Below are positions 57,306 to 64,000 of a stretch of 64,000 bases of DNA, piece by piece. Source of the DNA: an uncultured Gammaproteobacteria bacterium (lineage in GTDB: Bacteria; Patescibacteriota; Microgenomatia; Levybacterales; GWA1-39-11). Location of the stretch: assembly GCA_964450885.1 (NCBI GenBank), contig CAYVFE010000001.1, positions 310,572 through 374,571 of the forward strand, written 5' to 3'. Every line of letters begins with the position of its first letter. The first letter of the stretch is position 1. The translations under genes and the position numbers were made by a program. The notes below the pieces were generated by a model. The model searched no databases. It was not told the origin of the DNA and worked only from the letters and a program-made list of their open reading frames with translations.

Positions 57306-58471
57306 AAATCGTAGTTACAATCCCAACATACAATGAAAAGGACAATATTGAAAAAATAGTATCTAAGTTCATAGAGGAAGTATTTCCTAAAATAAAACAG
57401 CATAAAATGTCGATTTTGGTTATTGATGATAAATCTCCAGATGATACAGCTCAAGTCGTCAAAAAACTAATGAATAAATACAGCAACATTAAGCTTCTTT
57501 CGGGAGACAAGGAAGGTTTGGGAGCTGCCTACATTAGGGGAATGAGTTATGCGATAGAAAAAATGGGAGCTGATGCAGTAATAGAAGTAGATGCCGATCT
57601 TTCACATCCACCTGAAAAAATTATTGAATTCATTAAGAAGATGGACGAGGGATACGATACTGTTATAGGTACTAGATACAGTAATGGTGGATCTATTCCT
57701 AAAAATTGGCCAATAAATAGAAAAGCCTTTTCTGTTTTTGGAAATTTATTAGTTCGAATAATTCTTTTGCGCCCATATATCCATGACTGGACTGGTGGAT
57801 TTAAGCTTATAAAAAAAGAAGTATTTCTCAAAGAGAAGAAGGAGCTAAAAAATTATAATGGATATGTCTTTCAGGTAGCCTTTTTGCATAAGACCGCAAG
57901 AGACAGTTTTAAGATTGCGGAGGTTCCTTATTCATTCTCAGATAGGACGTTGGGAAAATCCAAAATAGCTTCCGGCAGCTATATTATCAATGTCCTAAAT
58001 TACATAATACGCGCGAGAATTTATGAATCATTGCACTCACCTTTTCTTAAATATGCCATAACTGGATTTTTAGGTTATCTAATAAATGCTGTTGCCTTGG
58101 AGTTATTTAGTCAGGGAATAGGGCTACACTCAGGTATTGCTGCGATGCTCGGTGCAGAATGCGCTATCATCTGGAATTTTGTCGTAAATAATTTCTGGAC
58201 ATTCAACGACCACAAGATTACTAATATATGGAAAGTCTTATTCAAATTCCCTCAATTTAACCTGGTGTCTATAGGATCCCTTGCTATAACGAGTAGTACT
58301 GTATTTATAGCTACACATTTATTTGGGGACACTTTATTTGTAAGGCAGGTATCTCTTGCAGGAGCCATAGGGTTTCTCGTTATCCCTTATAGCTATACTA
58401 TGTATAATATATTTATATGGAAAAGATGGAGAATATCATTCCTTTCAAAAATTCAAGAAAAGATTGGCTAA
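57302..58471 (+). CDS. polyprenol-phosphate glycosyltransferase (GT2, DPM1-like) fused to a GtrA domain
   Basis: IPTYNE, IDD.SPD, GLGAAY, DADLSH; C-terminal TM region with NF..NN.WTF. Confidence 0.88.
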   Translation: MKIVVTIPTYNEKDNIEKIVSKFIEEVFPKIKQHKMSILVIDDKSPDDTAQVVKKLMNKYSNIKLLSGDKEGLGAAYIRGMSYAIEKMGADAVIEVDADLSHPPEKIIEFIKKMDEGYDTVIGTRYSNGGSIPKNWPINRKAFSVFGNLLVRIILLRPYIHDWTGGFKLIKKEVFLKEKKELKNYNGYVFQVAFLHKTARDSFKIAEVPYSFSDRTLGKSKIASGSYIINVLNYIIRARIYESLHSPFLKYAITGFLGYLINAVALELFSQGIGLHSGIAAMLGAECAIIWNFVVNNFWTFNDHKITNIWKVLFKFPQFNLVSIGSLAITSSTVFIATHLFGDTLFVRQVSLAGAIGFLVIPYSYTMYNIFIWKRWRISFLSKIQEKIG

Positions 58472-60027
58472 AAAAAGCACTTCGTATAATTAAAAATCCA
58501 ATCAGTTATATAGTCCTAATGATTATTTTGCTTGCCTCATTTATGAGGCTATACAAAATATCGGAATATATGACTTTTTTAGGTGATGAAGGCAGAGATG
58601 CTTTAGTTGCAAGAGAGATATTGGGAGGGAATCTTACGCTTTTAGGACCGAGAGCTTCAGCAGGTGATTTTTTTCTGGGGCCAATCTATTACTACATGAT
58701 AGCGCCCTTTTTGGCATTGTTTAACTATGATCCTGTAGGTCCGGCAGTAATGGTCGCCCTTTTTGGTGTAGCGACTGTTTTTTTGGTTTATTATTTTACT
58801 CAAAAATTTTTTGGGAGCACAGCTGGGCTGATCGCTTCTTTCTTATATGCGATTTCGCCCTTAGTCATAGCATTTTCTAGATCTTCATGGAATCCTAACC
58901 CTGTCCCATTTTTTACGCTGCTTCTCATGCTTTCTCTTTATTTCAGTGTCAAGAAAAATAGCTTAAAGCTGTCTGTCATAACCGGAATACTACTGGGTAT
59001 TCTATTTCAACTTCATTATATAGCGACATTTATAGGCATTATAATATTCTTGTTCGTCTTGGTTGGAAATTTATTTGTATCTGGAAAGCAGTTAATCAAA
59101 AAATATATTTCTCAATTTGTCTCTATGCTGGCTGGTTTTATATTCAGCTTTGCACCTTTTTTACTGTTTGAACTGAAACACGGATTTCCCAATATAAGAA
59201 CAATCTTTGGATTTGTCTTTGTAGATAATTTTCAGGAAGAGAAGGTTAAGACACTTTCACATTTAGAAATAGTTACTGATGTTCTATTCAGGCTCTTTGC
59301 AAGATTGACTATAAATTTTCCTCCACCAGAACAGCTTTCCAGATTCTCGGATTTTAATATTCAGATGATGCAGATTTTTGTAATACTATTAATTTTTGTG
59401 TCCGTCATTGTTCTCTTTTTACAAAAAAATAAACTCCTGGTGACCCTTATTGCTATGTGGCTTTTTGTCGGCGTATTTTTATTTGGATTTTATAAAAAAG
59501 ATATTTACGATTACTATTATGGGTTCATGTTTCCGATTCCTTTCATACTGACTGGATCAGCTATCTCCTTTTTTGGGAACCTTAAGGGGAAATACAGATA
59601 TGTAGGTATGCTTACGGGATTTTTAGTATTTTTGATTCTCTCGGTTACACTAATCTCCAATAACCCCTTTCAATTTCAAGGAAATAATCAGAAAAGAGAA
59701 GCGGAGAATATCGCAAACAAGGTTATAGAAGTAACGGAGGGAAAGCCCTATAATTTTGCACTCATAACAAATGGAAATTCAGACCATGTGTATAGATATT
59801 TCTTGGAAATAAATAATAGGGAGCCTATTGTAATCGAAAATTTACAGATTGATCCAAATAGAGATTCTGTCACAGATCAGTTAATTGTTATTTGTGATAT
59901 TGAGTGTCAGCCAATAGGCCATCCATTGTGGGAGGTTGCAGGATTCGGAAGGGCGGAGATAGTAGGCGAGTGGAAAGTTCCGTTTGTGACGATTTACAAG
60001 CTGGTTAAATACGATGGAGAGAGTTAG
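58417..60027 (+). CDS. ArnT/PMT-like GT-C membrane glycosyltransferase
   Basis: FLGDEGRD luminal motif, GPIYYY, SRSSWNPN; many TMs; exact start uncertain. Confidence 0.85.
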   Translation: MEKMENIIPFKNSRKDWLKKALRIIKNPISYIVLMIILLASFMRLYKISEYMTFLGDEGRDALVAREILGGNLTLLGPRASAGDFFLGPIYYYMIAPFLALFNYDPVGPAVMVALFGVATVFLVYYFTQKFFGSTAGLIASFLYAISPLVIAFSRSSWNPNPVPFFTLLLMLSLYFSVKKNSLKLSVITGILLGILFQLHYIATFIGIIIFLFVLVGNLFVSGKQLIKKYISQFVSMLAGFIFSFAPFLLFELKHGFPNIRTIFGFVFVDNFQEEKVKTLSHLEIVTDVLFRLFARLTINFPPPEQLSRFSDFNIQMMQIFVILLIFVSVIVLFLQKNKLLVTLIAMWLFVGVFLFGFYKKDIYDYYYGFMFPIPFILTGSAISFFGNLKGKYRYVGMLTGFLVFLILSVTLISNNPFQFQGNNQKREAENIANKVIEVTEGKPYNFALITNGNSDHVYRYFLEINNREPIVIENLQIDPNRDSVTDQLIVICDIECQPIGHPLWEVAGFGRAEIVGEWKVPFVTIYKLVKYDGES

Positions 60028-60275
60028 TATCCCAGGATTCCTAGAGTAATTATCCCGTTTGATAGGACAACATATAAAGCCAAATCGAACAAGAAGATGG
60101 CGGCGCTAGCTATCAAAATTTTCTTAATATCGGATGTGTACTGGTTGTTATTTGATCGTGTATCTGTTTTTTTATCATCTCTAATTATGTCTTTGCTTAG
60201 GGTATAAGATATTCCGGAACGTGACTCTCTCATCGAGGATTTAATTTTTTGTTCCCTTGTTTTTTTCTTGCTCAT
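60024..60275 (-). CDS. small membrane protein
   Basis: Basic N-terminus with C-terminal TM; convergent overlap. Confidence 0.55.
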   Translation of the reverse strand: MSKKKTREQKIKSSMRESRSGISYTLSKDIIRDDKKTDTRSNNNQYTSDIKKILIASAAIFLFDLALYVVLSNGIITLGILGY

Positions 60276-60322
60276 TTGATCAATAGACTATCATATTGAC
60301 ACAAATTAGGCAAGATAATACA

Positions 60323-60802
60323 ATGGATTATCTTATGAATATAGGTCCGGAGCAGATTTTTCTGGCAATCCTTTTTGTTTGGGCCAGTGCCTTAACATTT
60401 ATCTTCTTGCGATTCTATTTGTTTTATATGAAAATAAAAAAAGGCACTAAAGAAAAGTCTTTGATCCCTATTTTAAATGAATTATTAGAAAAAGAGCAAA
60501 GAATAGAAAAGGGGATTATTGCTTTAGATAAAAAAGTAATAGAGCTAGAAGATGAATCGCAATTTTATATCCAGAAAGTGGGCATGACTCGTTTTAACCC
60601 ATTTAATGATACTGGAGGCGATCAGAGTTTTATCATCTCACTTCTAGATGCAAAAGATACTGGGGTTGTAATATCTAGTTTGCATACTAGAAATGGAACC
60701 AGATGGTATGCTAAAAAGATAGTAGAGGGTAAAGGGATGGAGCATCAGCTTTCAGAAGAAGAGAAAAGTGCGATATCTAAAGCGAAAAAACTTTCGTCAT
60801 AA
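60323..60802 (+). CDS. DUF4446-like membrane-anchored protein; start probably ATG 60323
   Basis: RFNPFNDTGGDQSF...LLD...G.VISSLH.R...R.YAK. Confidence 0.8.
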   Translation: MDYLMNIGPEQIFLAILFVWASALTFIFLRFYLFYMKIKKGTKEKSLIPILNELLEKEQRIEKGIIALDKKVIELEDESQFYIQKVGMTRFNPFNDTGGDQSFIISLLDAKDTGVVISSLHTRNGTRWYAKKIVEGKGMEHQLSEEEKSAISKAKKLSS

Positions 60803-60804
60803 GT

Positions 60805-61971
60805 ATGAAGAAAAATAAATTTGTAATAATACTGATCGCGACTTATCTATTGACGACAATCATATCTTTTGTCGTTTTTTCGGGTTTGATATCTAGCCTT
60901 GGTGATGTCCAATCTCCTGTGCCAAGTGCAGTAACGGATGGCAGCAAGACATTGTTTGACGATAGTCTTCCGAAGACAGAGCCTTGTCCATTGAGTGGAC
61001 AGTTATTCTCAAAACAGCAACGCCAATGGTGGGAAGAACATAGGCCTCTTGGGGTTATGATAGAAAATCATGAAGAATCACGGCCACAATCCGGATTGTC
61101 CAAAGCAGATGTTGTTTACGAAGCGGTAGCAGAAGGCGGTATTACTAGGTTTCTAGCGGTATTTTACTGTCAGGATGCTGAGGTTGTAGGCGCCGTAAGA
61201 AGCGCTAGGACTTACTTTTTGGATTTCATATCTGAATATGGAGATTATCCATTGTACGCCCACGTAGGAGGAGCAAATACCCCTGGTCCTGCTGATGCAC
61301 TTGAGCAGATTAGACAGTACGGGTGGCAGAATTACAATGATTTGAATCAATTTTCAATCGGATTCCCAGTGTTTTATAGAGACTATGATAGGCTGGGTAG
61401 AACTGTCGCTACAGAGCATACGATGTATTCATCAACGACTAGGCTTTGGGATTATGCACAAGAAGATAGAGGTTTATCAAATGTTGACGAGGATGGAAAT
61501 AGCTGGGACGAAGAGTTTACATATTATGAATATAAAGAGGATGCGGCAGATAATGCCAGACCTGCATCTCAATCTATCTCATATGCAGCATGGGATGGTT
61601 ATGGAGACTACGCTGTTGATTGGGTGTATGATAAGGCGACCAACTCTTATGTTCGATCTAATGGTGGGCAACCGCACCTCGATTTGAATACAGAAAACGC
61701 GATAACTGCAAAAAATGTGGTAGTACTGTTTATGCGTGAGAGTAGCGCGAATGACGGTTATCAAGGGAATTTACATCTCCTTTATGGAACCAAGGGTACA
61801 GGGGACGCTGTGGTATTTCAGGACGGTAAGGAGATAGAGGCGACTTGGTCTAAGGCAAATAGAACAGCAAGGACAATACTCACCGATGCCAGAGGACAGG
61901 AGATAAAATATAATCCTGGACTTACATGGTTTTCAGTTCTGCCCCTCAATACAACACTTGAAATAAAGTAG
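60805..61971 (+). CDS. DUF3048 domain protein
   Basis: RPLGVMIEN, RPQSGL..AD.VYE..AEGGITR, VRSAR. Confidence 0.88.
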   Translation: MKKNKFVIILIATYLLTTIISFVVFSGLISSLGDVQSPVPSAVTDGSKTLFDDSLPKTEPCPLSGQLFSKQQRQWWEEHRPLGVMIENHEESRPQSGLSKADVVYEAVAEGGITRFLAVFYCQDAEVVGAVRSARTYFLDFISEYGDYPLYAHVGGANTPGPADALEQIRQYGWQNYNDLNQFSIGFPVFYRDYDRLGRTVATEHTMYSSTTRLWDYAQEDRGLSNVDEDGNSWDEEFTYYEYKEDAADNARPASQSISYAAWDGYGDYAVDWVYDKATNSYVRSNGGQPHLDLNTENAITAKNVVVLFMRESSANDGYQGNLHLLYGTKGTGDAVVFQDGKEIEATWSKANRTARTILTDARGQEIKYNPGLTWFSVLPLNTTLEIK

Positions 61972-62012
61972 TATAATATATTTGCTCAAAATCTTTAGAT
62001 TGGGATTTATAT

Positions 62013-62585
62013 ATGTTAGCGGATTTAATAACTTCTAAAACAAGGGTAAAAATACTGTCACTATTCCTGCAGGATGTTGAGGAAATGTATCATGTTCGTG
62101 AAATAGTGAGGCGGGTCGACGAGGAAATAAACGCTGTCAGGCGGGAGCTTATTCTACTTGATAAAAAAGGCCTGTTGAATAAGGAAAAAAGAGGAAACAG
62201 AGTCTACTATTACTTCGATAAAAATTATCCCTTTATGAATGATCTTATACGCATCCATGCAAAGGAATCCGGTGTAGGAAGAGATATCATAAAGAATCGG
62301 GTAAAACTTGGTAATATTAAATTTGCCATGGCCTCAGGAAAATTCATTAGGGGATTGTCTACTAAGGAAGAGGTTGATATGCTTATTGTTGGCATTGTAG
62401 TTCTCCCAGAGTTACAGGTCATAGTTAAGAAGGAAGAAGAGAGAATAGGCCGAGAGATAAATTATACAGTTATGAGCGAAGAGGAGTTCAATTTTAGGAA
62501 AACAAGACGTGATCCATTTATCTATTCAATAATTAGCGGTTCCAGGATTATGCTAATTGGAGATGAGGAAAAGTTTTTATCATAA
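62013..62585 (+). CDS. winged-helix regulator fused to a degenerate minimal nucleotidyltransferase-like domain
   Basis: SKTRVKIL..F...HVREI.R...INAVRREL; C-terminal VDMLIVG...REINY. Confidence 0.75.
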   Translation: MLADLITSKTRVKILSLFLQDVEEMYHVREIVRRVDEEINAVRRELILLDKKGLLNKEKRGNRVYYYFDKNYPFMNDLIRIHAKESGVGRDIIKNRVKLGNIKFAMASGKFIRGLSTKEEVDMLIVGIVVLPELQVIVKKEEERIGREINYTVMSEEEFNFRKTRRDPFIYSIISGSRIMLIGDEEKFLS

Positions 62586-62588
62586 TCT

Positions 62589-63980
62589 ATGAATCGACAA
62601 CGACTGTTTTTATTGATAATTTTTTTATTTTCGGTACTTCTTTTGGTGATCAATTCACCGGTAAAATTCCAAATACCAAAAGTAGCTATACCATTTATGG
62701 GAGATGGGGAAAGCATTCCTCAGTTGGGTTTTGACCCCTCTAATGCTAATTTAGGGTTTGGTCCTATCAGCATCAATAGAGATTTGTCATATAGGTTAGG
62801 TTTGGATCTTCAGGGAGGCACGCAGCTTACTTATCAGGTAGATATGTCTGAGATTGAGCAGGGTGATCGTGACAGCGCCTTTGAGTCAGTTAGGAACATT
62901 ATCGAAAGAAGAATCAACTTGCTTGGTGTTTCTGAGCCTAACATACAGAGTGTTAGAGCCGGGGATGAGTACAGACTGGTTGTGGAGCTACCAGGTATTT
63001 CAGATTCACAAGATGCGATCGATCTTATTGGGCAGACAGCGCAGCTTTCATTTTGGGAAGGAGATGGTCAAGTTGATGTAACAAATATTGCAACAGACTC
63101 AGCAAATCTTTTGGAGCAGGGGCTAGCTTCTATATTAGGCTTGCAGCCAAAAGAAACAGATCTAACAGGGAAAGATTTGAAAAGGACACAGGTAGTCTTT
63201 GATCAATCTTCTGGAACACCTCAAGTTCAGATAGAATTTACTTCCGAAGGTTCAAACAAATTTGCAAATATAACCAGAGAAAATGTAGGTAAAGTTGTAG
63301 CTATTGTTCTTGATGACCAGATAATAAGTGCACCTGTTGTTCAACAGGAAATAGTGGGTGGAAATGCAGTGATTACGGGAAGCAGTGATGTAGATGAGGC
63401 AAATAGGCTTTCTATCGCCCTAAATGCCGGAGCACTCCCTGCTCCGCTAGAACTGGTAGCGCAAAGTACGATTGGTCCATCTTTGGGTCAGGTGTCTCTT
63501 GAAAAAAGCTTATTTGCAGGAATTGTAGGATTTACTTCGGTGGTAGTGTTTATGATAATTCTTTACAGAAAAGAAGGAGTTCTAGCGTGTATTGCATTGG
63601 GAGTTTATGCTCTAATTTCTCTATTTATTTTTAAATTGGTTCCGGTTACTTTGACGCTTGCTGGAATTGCAGGATTCATTCTATCTATAGGCATGGCAGT
63701 CGATGCAAATATCTTAATTTTTGAGAGGATGAAGGAGGAGTTAAAAAATGGCAAGCCTAGGAGAATTGCTATTTTAAATGGATTTAATAGAGCTTGGCCT
63801 TCTATTCGAGATACAAGTATAACAAGTATGATTACAACAATTATACTTTTCTATTTTGGTAGTAGTATTGTGAGAGGCTTTGCTTTAACTTTATTTATAG
63901 GTTTGGTAGTATCTATGTTCTCTGCGATTACTGTAACTAGAAATCTTTTGTTGGTTTTCGATTCTAAAGATAAAAAATGA
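62589..63980 (+). CDS. secD: protein translocase subunit SecD
   Basis: LGLDLQGG, LGVSEP, GALP, IGPSLG, GMAVDANILIFER. Confidence 0.96.
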   Translation: MNRQRLFLLIIFLFSVLLLVINSPVKFQIPKVAIPFMGDGESIPQLGFDPSNANLGFGPISINRDLSYRLGLDLQGGTQLTYQVDMSEIEQGDRDSAFESVRNIIERRINLLGVSEPNIQSVRAGDEYRLVVELPGISDSQDAIDLIGQTAQLSFWEGDGQVDVTNIATDSANLLEQGLASILGLQPKETDLTGKDLKRTQVVFDQSSGTPQVQIEFTSEGSNKFANITRENVGKVVAIVLDDQIISAPVVQQEIVGGNAVITGSSDVDEANRLSIALNAGALPAPLELVAQSTIGPSLGQVSLEKSLFAGIVGFTSVVVFMIILYRKEGVLACIALGVYALISLFIFKLVPVTLTLAGIAGFILSIGMAVDANILIFERMKEELKNGKPRRIAILNGFNRAWPSIRDTSITSMITTIILFYFGSSIVRGFALTLFIGLVVSMFSAITVTRNLLLVFDSKDKK

Positions 63981-64000
63981 ATATTATAAAAAAAAGAAGG
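63977..64000 (+). CDS. secF: probable start of SecF, truncated by the window edge
   Basis: ATGA overlap with the secD stop; MNIIKKRR; identity inferred from gene order only. Confidence 0.5.

Noticed and set aside
1087-63081. Numerous 60-170 aa antisense or alternate-frame ORFs in the track (e.g. 4815-5261, 17552-18052, 39613-40113, 16976-17185)
   Set aside because: They lie within well-supported genes, lack motifs and look like shadow ORFs
1-64000. Alternative genetic code (UGA=Gly, as in Gracilibacteria/Absconditabacteria)
   Set aside because: Conserved genes are full length under code 11, several end in TGA (lysS, secD), and RF2 is present

Overview
AT-rich, gene-dense bacterial chromosomal segment using the standard genetic code (TGA is a stop). 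The gene set (class I LysRS, CxxC-x17-CxxC protein, short TsaB, wHTH-nucleotidyltransferase, DUF3048, tandem GH130) suggests a Patescibacteria/CPR genome, probably Microgenomates; this assignment is inferred. About 1-14 kb is accessory: small orphan genes, hflX, and a PLD-SNF2 helicase plus N6-adenine methyltransferase defence-like pair. About 15-49 kb is mostly housekeeping: rmuC, topA, tsaD/E/C/B, ddl, greA, a PPAT-DUF359 fusion, lysS, serS, secA, prfB and ftsEX. About 50-60 kb is a nucleotide-sugar and surface glycosylation cluster, followed by secD and the start of secF. No CRISPR array, tRNA, rRNA, integrase or transposase was recognised. Main observations: (1) an AGCCTCA(A) motif recurring at gene junctions and promoters; (2) short REP-like palindromes, one splitting that motif and one in frame inside a gene; (3) a circularly permuted M23 domain downstream of ftsEX; (4) a ~380-nt multi-hairpin non-coding element; (5) pervasive leaderless promoter architecture, with mini-ORFs ahead of greA and topA; (6) several small ORFs absent from the ORF track. 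All calls come from reading motifs by eye; no searches were run.
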